From Lama guanicoe (Eukaryota), in NCBI GenBank assembly GCA_013239625.1, contig MU054220.1:1975509-2021713 (forward strand): a stretch of DNA of 46,205 nt. The letters are read 5' to 3'. Of this stretch, positions 35,196 to 46,205 are shown one piece after another (within the stretch, counting starts at the first letter, position 1; every line of letters begins with the position of its first letter). Position numbers and translations under genes: made by a program. The notes beneath the pieces were generated by a model. It had not been told where the DNA came from, did not search any database, and saw only the letters and a list, made by a program, of their open reading frames with translations.

Positions 35196-37140
35196 GCTCT
35201 GGTGGGCACCATAAAAAGCTATATATAGAAACAGATCAGCCCTCTCTGATACTTTAGCTCAGCTTCAAATGATTTCAAGCCCTGACTGGATTGAGGTAAT
35301 CCAGGATTGCTAGTGCTCAGGCCATCTGCCAGAAGCAAATGTAAATCCTCTCTGAAGAAAGATAACATCATTCCAGGCCTCAGATTATTTCTATAGTTTT
35401 TCATATACAATATACAACACTCAACTAAAAGAAAAAAGTATACAAGAAGATAAGACAATGGAGTGAAAAACCAAGAGATAGAATTGATAGTAAACACAGA
35501 CCCACAGGGAATCCAAATAATGACTGAAGGACTCTTTAATAACCATGATTTACTTTGGTCAAGCAAATGAAAGATAAGATCTAGTAAAGAAACCATTAAA
35601 AGAGAACTGAATGGCAATTCTTGAACTAAAAAAATATAATAGGAAAAGGCTACATATTGTATTATTCCAACTGTATGACATTCTAGAAAAGGAAAAACTA
35701 TGAAGACATGAAAAAGATCAATAGTTGCTGGGGGTTGGGGTGGGAAAGAGGGATAAACAGGTAGAGGAGAGGATTTTTACAGCAGTGAAAATATTCTGTA
35801 TAATAGTATAATGTTGGATATGTCATTATACATCTGTCCAACTCCATAAGATGCACAACACCAAGAGTGAACCCTAAGGTAAACTATGGACTTTGTGTGA
35901 TAATGATTTGACAAAGTAGGTTCATCAGTTGTAACAAATGTGCCACCCTGGTAGGGGATGTTGATAATGAGGGAAGCTATGCATTTTGAGGAGCAAATGG
36001 TATATGGAAAATCTCTACCTTCTACTCAATTTTGCTGTGAACCTAAAACTGCTCTAAAAATAAAGTCTTTAAAAAACAAACAAACAAAAAACATACTTGA
36101 ACTGTATAAGGTTTTCACAATAAACAACAGGAATAAACATTAGAAAGTAAGCAAATTAAAATCCTCTTCACTGCTGAGAATAAAAATAAGAAAGAATGAA
36201 TATGCACCATGCAAGGGGCAGGGGGCAAGAATAAGAAAAGTATGAGAAATACTAATAATGAATCCTAAGGTTTCTTCAAACTAACCTTCAACCATTCAGT
36301 TTCCCCACTTTGCAATTACTTTTTTCATTCTCTTGTATTGAAAACAGACTGATTAAAAGTACCATAGTAAGACTGAAAAAAAAAAGGAATTATAAACTCA
36401 GTAGATGGGTTTAACAGCAGATTAGACATAAATGAAAAGAGAATTGATGAATGGAAAATAGGTCAGGAAAATATTAAGAATTAAGCATAAAAGACAAAAT
36501 GATGGAAAATGCATAAAAGTGCGTAAGACAGGATACCATGAAAAGGTCTAATGTTTGTGTAACTGGAATCCCAGAAGGACTGTAGATAGTAGAACAGAAG
36601 TAAATTTGGAAAGCTAAACACTGAGAACTTTCCAAAACTGATTAAAGACATCAGGTTACATGCTTGAGAAGCACTAAGAACCACAATTAATTTATAAATA
36701 TAAAGAAAAGCAAACCTAAGCACATTATAGAAAAACTACCAAAAAAAAGAGACTAAATATCCAAAAAGTTGCCAGAGATTATTATAAAAGGACAGATTAT
36801 TTTCAAAGATGTAAGAATAAGACTGACAGCTGACTTCTCAACAGAAATAGTGTAAACCAGAAGACAGTGGAATGGTATATACAAAATGCTAAAGGAAAAT
36901 AACTGCCAGCCTAGAATTTATACAAGAAAAAACTGCCCTTCAAAAATAAAGGTAAAAACTTAAATAAGGTCTATAGATAGTTAACAGCTTTCAATTAATA
37001 AGTCCCTGATTTTCATAATTATACTAAGGTTATAGAAGATGTTAACATTAATGACAGCTGGGTGAAAGGGATATAGGAACCTACATCATTTTTTGCAAAT
37101 TTTTTGTAAGTCTAAAAAAATTAAAAGAGGAAAAAAATGA
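34500..37140 (+). mobile_element. Fragmented old L1 (5' region and ORF1) with a nested hAT-like fragment (~34700-34960) and a younger L1 3' end (~35645-36095)
   Basis: 'gccatctgccagaagcaaatgtaaatcctctctg', 'gatgggtttaacagcagattagaca', 'gctgacttctcaacagaa..agaagacagtggaat'; nested 'acaacaccaagagtgaaccctaa..gctgtgaacctaaaactgctctaaaaaataaa'. Confidence 0.75.
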
Positions 37141-37169
37141 AATAAAGCTAGTTTCAGTATAAAAGCCAA

Positions 37170-37530
37170 TTTCAGAATGGAAGCTCCATGAAGGTTGGGA
37201 TTTCTTGTGTTCTGTTCACTTCTGTAACCCCTAGCATCCAGAATACTAACAAAAAGGCACTCAGTAAATATTTGTTGAATGAATGAACAACAGTAGCAGT
37301 AGCTATCATTCATTCAACACTCAGCATATCTTAGGTAGAATGCCAAGCACTTTACATTCATTATCTCATTTAATCCTTCTAACAATCATGCAACATGAAA
37401 TTTTACATTTTTACATGAGTCTCCCTATTTGATAGATGAGGTTAAGCAACCTGCCCAAAATAACAAACTAGTTAAGTTGCAGGCTCTCAGACATACATCT
37501 GATTACAAAGTCTGTGTTTTTACCACTATG
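37170..37530. mobile_element. L2 3' end (+) adjacent to a MIR (-)
   Basis: 'ggcactcagtaaatatttgttgaatgaatgaa' then 'gccaagcactttacattcattatctcatttaatcc'. Confidence 0.75.
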
Positions 37531-37598
37531 TGGCTTTCATATTACTTAAAAAAACTTCTTTCTTTTTGCTTATCCAAATTCTACTCATCTTTCCAGGT

Positions 37599-38161
37599 TA
37601 TGTTAGTCAGCATTATCCCAAGAAACAGAACCAACAGAGATACAGAGAGGAAATTTATTTTATGTATTATGGAATTGGCTTCTGTGATTATGGAGGCCAA
37701 GAAGTCCCATGATCTGCCATCTGCAAACTGGAGAACCAGGAAAGTCAGGTGGTGTAATTCAACCAAGTCTGAAGGCCTAAGAGTTAGGGAAGCCAATGGT
37801 GTAAGTCCCAGTTCATGTTCAAAGGCCTAAGAATCTAGGGGACCAATGCTTCAGTTCTAGTTCAAGTTTGGAGGCTTGAGAACCAGAAATGTCAATATCT
37901 AAGGGCAGAAAAAAATGGACACTCAGCTCAAGCAAAAAGAGTCCATTTATCTTTCTTTACCTTTTTGTTCCAAACAGGTCCTCAATGAATTAGATGATGT
38001 CAACAAGCACTGGTGAGGGCAATTTTCTTTATTCAGTTTACTGATTCAAATGCTAATCTCTTCTGAAAACCCCTTCATAAACACATCCAGAAATAATATT
38101 TTCCCAGCTATTAGAGCACCCCTTAGCCTGGTCCAGTTGCCATAGAAAATTAACCATCACA
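37599..38161 (-). mobile_element. ERVL MLT2-type solo LTR with 5-bp TSD
   Basis: 'agaaacagaaccaa..gattatggaggccaagaagtccca..ctgcaaactggagaaccagg..aaattaaccatcaca'; CAGGT on both sides (37594-37598, 38162-38166). Confidence 0.85.
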
Positions 38162-41100
38162 CAGGTCAAGACAAACTTCTCTATGATGTAACTACTCTGG
38201 TACCCATTATGTCACCTTACTCTCAGATCTCAGAGCACAGTTTAAAGCCATTGTATAAGGTCTTGAATTGTTCTCTAATTGCTAATTAATAAGCATTACC
38301 TCCTCAACCAGAGTGCATCCCCTTATAGGTATGTGACCATATCTTGTATTCCTAATGATACAGGCCACGTTTGAAGCTCTATAACAACACTTGATTTTTT
38401 GGTAAAAGCATGAAGAAAAACATTTAGTTGGAAAAACCATGAAAAGAACAGTGTTTGGGGATGCTTTAGAGATCAGGCCTGTATGGTTTAAGATTCCAAA
38501 CAACAAACTGACTCAGAAAAACACTACCTTAAAAAGGTGGTTTTTACATCAAATTTTCTATATATCTTTTTTCCTGACAGCAAGTTAGTGGATGTTCAGG
38601 GCCATTTGGATGTAGCAGCACAGTTCTCCTGGTTAAACCCCCTTGAAAGGGCACATATATTGCATAGAAGGTGAAGTCTGAGAGTGTGCAGATGAACAGT
38701 TATCCCCACATATGCAAACTGCAGCTTGTGTGGTGTAAATATACTCTCCCTGCCTGGAACTGCCTGCGTAACATTCTCTCTTTGGGCTCTGTGGTTTCTC
38801 AATACATTCCAACTGTTTGGAGACTGGAGTTTGGCTCACTAAGCACAGATAAACAGCTTCCTGGAGCAGGCTGCCAGTGTGACGAGCAATGACCTCAGCA
38901 GAGAATGTCTGCTTTTCATTATCCTGAGCACATCACTGTATTGCTAGAGCTAAGAGTAGGAACAACACAAGTGGAATAGACTTGACTGGGTCAGGTCTCC
39001 CATTACACCTTGAATTTTTAAAATCTTGGCAGCCAGAGGAAAAAGGGTATAGACAGGAAGTGAGGAAATGGCTTATATGTGAAGGGAAAAATAGACAGAA
39101 ATCTTTCTTAGGCTGTCCTCTGAATGAACTAAATAATGAGTGAACTGGTGACACTAAATGGCTAATAGTCATGCAGAAAATCATCAAATGTCTTTAACCT
39201 CCAAAAAATGCAGGGTAAGCAAAAAGTGCTACAGAAAACGAGAGACTAAAAAGTAATCAAGATCTCAACTCCAATTCCATTTAAAGAGAAAGACGAGGAA
39301 GACTGTCACTTTTCAAGAGTCATGAAGTAGGAGGGAAGCAAAAACCCCAGAAGACTGGAGCTAAAGAGGAATGAGACATAATGAAAATGAATTATACATC
39401 ACCAGACATTTCACACCTGCCATTTCACTAGATTTGCATAACACCCCTATGAGATAGGTCTTATCATCCCTAATGATGGTTTTTACTTGGAATATATAAC
39501 ACAAGGACCTTAATAAAGACATTTGTTATTGACCTTATTTAATGACAAAAGGATAAATTCAGGCTGCCTCTACGGCCACTCTGGAAATGGCATTACCTAC
39601 AGTTGCAGTCCCAGAACCCAGAAATCCTGGAATGATGAGCCCTAAAATAAATTTACATTCTCATGACATTTTCTGATAAGACAGTTTCCACTGTCCTGGT
39701 CAGAACTGCATCTGATAGCTGAAGAAAGAAATCACAGTTACGGCTTCAGACAGGAAATTGGCCCTGACCCCTCTTGAGGGATCCTGAGAAACAATTTGTT
39801 TTGCGTGGAAGTCACTGACTGCAAAGATGCACCTGCCATGGGGCTGGAAGCTAAGGACAGACAAACATCTTAGCAAATCATAATAACAGAGAGAAGCTTC
39901 ATTTGACTTTTATTTCACTTTCCTCAGGGAAGAAGGACCTTTGTGAGGCTGCCAAAAATCTAACTGTCCATCCTCCTTCCCCTCTGTCCCCTCCACCCCA
40001 ATCCCAGTTCATTAAGGATCTTCTGGTTAAAGGTGCCAGATTGTGTCATTCTTTCCTGCTCTTGTGCCAGGCCTGTGCCACCCGCACTGCAGATCTTCTA
40101 GCGCTCTGAGCAAACTGTAGAAGAAATTAAAAGCACGGATGAGTTTAAATCGTTTGACTGTTGATGAAGTAAAGTTTCTTAACTTCTGATGAGCTATTTT
40201 ACATGGCTAAGAGCACTATTGATATGTTACCTCAGATTTGTGTGTGTCGACCTGATTTCCAGAGTACTCAGGGAATTATCAAAGAAGTGGTATGAGAAGG
40301 AATATCAGGGCTTGGATTGGACCAAGTGAAGATTATATAATTTATAGATTAAAATAAATCAAGTAATTTCTCTAAGGGGAAATATTTTAGTGTGGAGAAT
40401 CATACCTAAAATTTATATTAGCTAGCTGTAAAGGTAGCTCCCATGAAAACAGAAGTAATATCACTGGGTCTTGAGAATACTTCAGCCAAGGATGGAGTTC
40501 CTTCATTTCCTCTTATTGGATGGTTTCACAACAGCTAAATTTCCCTTAACTTGTAGCAGGGAGGGGGTCAGGTTAGTCTTCCCTGACAATGAGAATCTGG
40601 GCCCAATTATTACTTCCATAACCTTTGACTCCAACTTCTAAATGAGTCAGGGGATCAGTGGGCTGTGAAATGGGTCCTTAGTTACCAGGTCAAGTGCTGC
40701 TGGATGGTTTCCTGTAATCAAAACATGAAGGGACTGAAGAAGAGGGATGGATTCTAAGCATATAAGTACTTCTTATATTCTCAATGAACCTGGATTTTTA
40801 AGTTTCAAAATAGATTTTGGTGACTCTAAACTCACCACTGTGTCTCCCTGGTGTCCTTTTGCTATAAGATATCTCTGGTAATACAGAAAAGAAACAGAAT
40901 CTCCCACAGACTTCACAAATGATGGATGGCTTAACAGAAGTGCTGGGGCCAATAACAGTGAGGATGGGACTGCTTCAGCCATGGCAAAATCTATTCCTAG
41001 CAATTATCTGAGTCTGAGAATCCAGATGCTGACAGTGAAAAATGGATAATTTTCTGTTACAGTGTGTCAACTTGAGCTCAGAGCTGAACTATGGAAAAAA

Positions 41101-41840
41101 GATGGGGGTGGGGGCAGGCCAGGAGAAGCATTACCCCTTTTGAAGAAGCCTATAATAGGATTAGTCACCATTACGTCATCACACCATATTGTGGCTCAAT
41201 TTAACAACAGTAAGTTGGGAAAACATGGAGCAGAAATTGCCCAGAGAAGTCTCAAGTCCATCCCTCATTCAAAGCTATGAGCCTAGAAATCAGTGGAGTC
41301 CTGGTTTCTCCTGAGGTGTTTCTTGTTGCTCCATATCTGCTCCTCTGTTACCATGGGCACAAGAAGAACCCAAAACAACATTACTTAAATGCTGGGTGGT
41401 AGATAATCCTAAAAAATCTGCCAACTTTAGAACTGAAAGTTTACGCCCTGGTTGTCCTAGATTACTGAAGACAGAAGTGGGTCATCTGTCATAGGGCTTA
41501 GAGCACCTGTTTAAAAAATAAGAACTAATACATATTTTATAATCATGGATTATTTTCATTAGAGTTACATTTTAAGTGATTTAAGAATCTGCACTATTGG
41601 AATCTCCTTTTTCCTCCAAGAGTGAATTAATAACATTCATATTTAATGAACTTATTCTAATTAAAACAGTACAAAAGGAATTTGATGCTACTTTTTACTA
41701 TTAGAGTATATTAAAAAGTATGCAAATTCTCAACTGAATTCTGATAATTAATATGTATCAGAATGGTACTATTAATGTTCTTTTTCTAAAAACTGATAAA
41801 TACTTCCATCTCCGTATTTATACTCTATTACATGACATAA

Positions 41841-41949
41841 ATAATCTTAATGACTAAGTATTTTTATTGTTTTCACTTATTACATATAAGCAGTGATAAT
41901 TTTTATGACTAATTATTTTATTATTTTCACTTATTACATATAAGCAGTG
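41841..41949. repeat. Tandem duplication of a ~55-bp AT-rich unit
   Basis: 41841-41895 and 41896-41949 both read ataat...atgactaa...ttttcacttattacatataagcagtg. Confidence 0.9.
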
Positions 41950-42139
41950 CATGAGGGAGTGCACTGTAAAGTGGCTTTCTATGACCACTTCCTGTTAAGG
42001 GTATTTCACTCTGAGTAGCAGCAAATAAAATCAATTAAAAAAATTTTTTTTTGGACACAGAAAGCCTAGGTAATAAACGTGGACAAAGAGAAAGTAAGTC
42101 ACCTGATCTGAGATAACTTACTATCTCTCCAATGGGATG

Positions 42140-42605
42140 AGCCAATCATTCCCTGAGATAAGCCCTCAAATGCCACCTCCTCCAAAGGGCCTTTCTGGAC
42201 ATCCTATATATCACATTACCCTAGTTATTTCCTTGTTGTTTATCTTGTTACAGTTATCAGCTCTGTAAACTTGGGAATGTTCCTTTTGTGTGTCTGAACT
42301 TCCTAATGTTTAAAATAAATATTAGTATTAGCAGATAATTCTAATATTCCACCTCATAGTATTTTGAGAATTGAATAATACATGTTACATGCTTGGAACA
42401 GTACCCAGCACATAGCAAGTATTTATTAACTATTAGCTATTGTTGTCATCATCAGTTTACTTGTTTATTGACTATCTCCCTCACTAGACTCCTAGGTCCA
42501 TGTGGGTAATTACCTTATTTGTCTTGTTCACTACTATACCTTCTTCATTGCCAAGTACACGAAGGCACACAGTAGGTGCTCAAAAATAATTACTGAATGA
42601 ATGAG
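42140..42605 (+). mobile_element. L2 3' fragment with a nested MIR (~42260-42452)
   Basis: 'ctcaaatgccacctcctcca', MIR 'gcttggaacagtacccagcacatagcaag..tattagctatt', L2 tail 'cacacagtaggtgctcaa..tgaatgaatga'. Confidence 0.75.
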
Positions 42606-43279
42606 TTCATGAAGGGATGCTGTCTTATATTCTCATATATCCTTAAAATAAACCTCCATCAATGAAGGCAATCTGTGTATGTACTTGCAGCCAAAACAGT
42701 CATCATAAAAATGTCCCTAAGAAGCTAAAATCATCATTTAAAAAAAACAAAAACAAGACACTTGATCATAAAAAAGAGTCCTCCTGGGCCCACCAACCAA
42801 GACCACAGAGTATCATTTTTTTCTATATTAGTATGTGGAGGTCAAGCTCCTTGATGCCACAGTGTTGTAACCATCAATTTAGTTTGTGAAGAATGGTTCC
42901 CAATTCTGATAGGAATTCTCAGATTTCAGCCTGTTTTTCTCTCGTCATTACTTTCCAATGTCTTAAAAAAAAAAACCACATTTCTCATTTTATCTTTTAC
43001 CACAAGAACCTGGTCACACTCTGCTGTGGTTTCTAAGTTACAGCTACTCTAGCCTTATTTTCTTGGATGTACTTCTTCAGAGGTCCTGACCCAGTGCTGA
43101 CACTTGGTCTATTCTTAGAGTGGCACCTCTAAATATTAATTCCTTTTACCTTCCCCTGGTTGAAGGACAACATTCAGAGGTAGAGGTTACATACAACATG
43201 AAAGAAAATCCTCTGGGATTTAGTGTCCTTCTTTCAAGACTGTCCAGAGGAATATGATCTAAAGAGCTCACAGTCTGCA

Positions 43280-43280
<1 letters not shown>

Positions 43281-43320
<40 letters not shown>

Positions 43321-43339
43321 ACACACACACACACTCACA
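43281..43339. repeat. (CA)n microsatellite
   Basis: About 29 CA units with two CT interruptions. Confidence 0.98.
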
Positions 43340-43844
43340 GTACAGCCTAGCTATTTATGTTTTACAGTTTATCCAGATTTGCTGGAACAACCATGAATTT
43401 GCTGGAAAACATCAACAACAAAGGAGTGACAACACAGGTGAGAGGGCAAGCTGACCATAGATGAAAATCAGCCAAAAAGCCTTCCAAAAACAATTTTGCA
43501 GAGTACTTTTACATTGTTTAAAGGGAGGTCACCCACCATTAAACGTATAAAAAATCTCAGTATATGAACTTGAAACTGAGAGATGCAAGGTGTACAGTTA
43601 ACACATTTTTGAACAATCATGGTTCCTATTGTTTAGAGACCACTCCAATTGTATCCCCCCTCAAAATCCAATACTTACCATTTAAATGACAATAAACTAA
43701 GGTCACCAGACAAAGCTCTGTGATAAACTTTGTGAAGTCGAGTTCATAGGGGAAATTTCAAAGAATTTAAAAATTACAGCTAGAAGAGACCTCAAAATAT
43801 TATCTGGTTAGGCCTCCAGCAACACTGGGCATTACAGTGACTTG

Positions 43845-44180
43845 GAGGCAGTAGAGACTAGTGGTCTCTGTAATACTGCAGACAAAGCTTGATTTCTAAC
43901 TCTGCCACTTATTAGTTTGTGAACTTAAGGAAGCTGTTTTAATCTTCTGGAGCCTCAGTTTCCTTATCTATAAAATAGAGATAATAACAGCATCTACTTC
44001 AAAGAATTATAGTTGCTGAAACATAGTCTGAGTCTAATAAAACATTGTTTATTATAAGATATAATTATTACATTATTATTTTTATTAGCATGTAAGACTT
44101 TATTATATCCATTTCACAGATGAGGCAACTGAAGCCCAGAAAGTTTCAAAAATTTACCCAAGATTACAGAGTGATGACTT
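43845..44180. mobile_element. Two MIR fragments in opposite orientation
   Basis: 'gagcctcagtttccttatctataaaatagagataata' (+) then 'ccatttcacagatgaggcaactgaagcccaga' (-). Confidence 0.8.
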
Positions 44181-44877
44181 ATAAGAATAAGGAGCTCTTC
44201 TTCCCAGGGCAGAGGTCTTTCACTTCATTGTGCTTCTATAAATCAATAGGAAACTGAGGCCTAAGAAAGAAGGATTCTCACGAGACAAATTAAATTCACA
44301 ATCAAAGTAAAATCAGGAGATTCTACCATTCAGGTCTCCTTGTCTACCAAATACTGCTTCCCATTCAATCATACATCGGCATCTTTGAAGTCTTTTTTTA
44401 AAGGATTTTTGAGCTTTGATGCTAGTTCACTCCTTGAAATAACTTGCCTCAGGCCAATATGGTGTCTTAGAGTTATAGAAGTGTCAGGTATGTGCCATTT
44501 ACATACATTATGTAAGTTTTAGTTTCCTGAGGACAAGAAACAGCTCACTTGGCAACGAGATTTCTATCAGTACTGTGAAAAATAAGTTTGTTTCAACAGT
44601 GTAATAGTAGATAAAAAAGCTATAGCCAACAGCATTCAACAGCGTTCGGAAACAGCTATAAGACTTACTAGAGTACAGTATCAGTTACATAGACCAGTGG
44701 GTTCACTTTTGGACTGCCACATACATGGTATACAGCTTCCCAAATGGCAGGATATAGAGCTTTATCAACAAGATTCAACAAAAATAGAGAGAGAAAACAA
44801 GAGATAGTCCTTATCAGTAATAAGATCAAGAATAAGAGTAGATAGTATGCAATAACCTAAGATATAGATGTAGCTGT

Positions 44878-45000
44878 AGATTGAACAAACATTTACCGAG
44901 CATCTATTAAAAACTAAGCATGTTGCCAGACATTGGGAATACAAAGATGAAGAAGAAATGATGCCCACCCTCAACAAACCAGCATAATAAGGAAAAGACT
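44878..45000 (-). mobile_element. L2 3' end fragment
   Basis: 'aacaaacatttaccgagcatctatt..tgccagacattgggaatacaaagatga..gcccaccctcaa'. Confidence 0.65.
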
Positions 45001-45759
45001 TATAAAAGAGATGGGGGAGGGGAAATAGAGTAAAGTGAAAAAGCCAGGAAGAAGCATTGTCCCCAGAAGAATCATATTTCACTTGGCAAGGAGCCTCAAG
45101 GGTGCTGGTACAGCTTAAGTGGCCTAGAAACTTGACCCCTAGGCGTGTCAGTTCTGTAAGAGCAAGCAAGGCTATTCAATCTTGGTCTTTATTCCCTGCC
45201 CGCCTTATTTGCTTCATCTATACCATGAGAACAAGTAAGATTCCTTGCTCATACTTCACCTTCCTTTAGAAGACTGGGAGAAGAGAAGGGACCAGCTCTG
45301 ATCCTGGAAAGCTTGTTTTTCCCAGCAACTTGAAATTCTAATCCATAAGAAATCTAGATTTTATTTGCAAGACTTATAGCTCAGCAAAAGAGCCAGGGAG
45401 AGCCAAGAATTCCCCTAACAGCAACCCAAGTTTAGGCCATTAGAAGAGATGTCTGATCTTCAAGGAACCCCTGGAGAATAGAAAGGGAAAAAAAAAAGAA
45501 AGACTATTTTTAAGGAGGATGAAATTCAGTTAATGATTCACCTTAAATAGAAGCCTATAAGGGGCTATTACTCCTATTTTAGAATGCTTCCAATAAACCA
45601 GAAAAAAAGGAATGAGAATACAAGTGATTATATAAACATGTGATGGCATTCTGGCAATAAAAATAATGTTTTGTATTTCTTTAGCACATCCTTTCATGAA
45701 GACTAAGGTGTTTTAAATTGATTATCTCATTCAGCCTAACAACAGTTCTGTGATATCAA

Positions 45760-46200
45760 AAAGAAAGAAATAGGTAAGGAGGATTAAGAGGTACATACTT
45801 TCAATTCAAAAGATGAGGTATGAGATGAGTTATGGGGTATGAAATGCAGGGGAAATATAGTCAATGACTATGTAGTATCTTTGCATGGTGACATATCTTA
45901 GCTAGACTCACTGTGGTGATCAGTTTGAAATGTACAGAAATCATTAGGTTGTGTAACAGGAACATAGTGTTGTAGGTCAATTAAAACTCAAAAACAAACA
46001 AACGCTTAGAAAAAAGAGATCAAACTTATGTTAATCAGAGCAGGAGGGCAAATGGGGGAATTGGATCGAGGCAGTCAAAAGTTACAAACTTCCAGTTATG
46101 AGATAAATAAGTACTAGAGATGTAATAATGTACAACATGATAAATATAGTTAACACAGCTGTCTGTTATATATGAAAGTTGTTAAAAGAGTAAATCTTTT
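45760..46200 (+). mobile_element. L1 3' UTR fragments
   Basis: 'ggattaagaggtaca', 'tgtggtgatcagtttgaaatgtacagaaat', 'acaaacttccagttatgagataaataagtactag'. Confidence 0.8.
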
Positions 46201-46205
46201 TTTTT

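Noticed and set aside
1..46205. CRISPR arrays, rRNA genes or prokaryotic operons
   Set aside because: The sequence is mammalian, with no regularly spaced repeat-spacer array or rRNA signature.

Overview
Mammalian genomic DNA, probably from a camelid (judged from the tRNA-derived SINE type and the young L1 3' ends). It is AT-rich, repeat-dense and has a 506-N gap at 29566-30071. I found no intact host protein-coding exon. The supplied ORF track shows L1 ORF2 pieces and mostly chance ORFs. The main result comes from manual six-frame reading across stops and frameshifts: about 8.3-26.3 kb appears to hold a heavily decayed but near-complete Maverick/Polinton (virus-like DNA element). A protein-primed DNA polymerase B remnant lies on + (about 8.35-12.8 kb). 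Converging on it on the minus strand are remnants of integrase, minor capsid, PM, cysteine protease, PW, PZ, major capsid and packaging ATPase (about 26.3 to 20.3 kb). Its reading frames are interrupted by MIR, L2, MER5A and L1 insertions, so it is very old. These protein assignments are by-eye matches to vertebrate Maverick motifs recalled from memory, not alignments, so boundaries are approximate. The rest of the window is L1, L2, MIR, hAT and MaLR/ERVL debris, plus a near-perfect 53-bp inverted duplication and a 55-bp tandem duplication.
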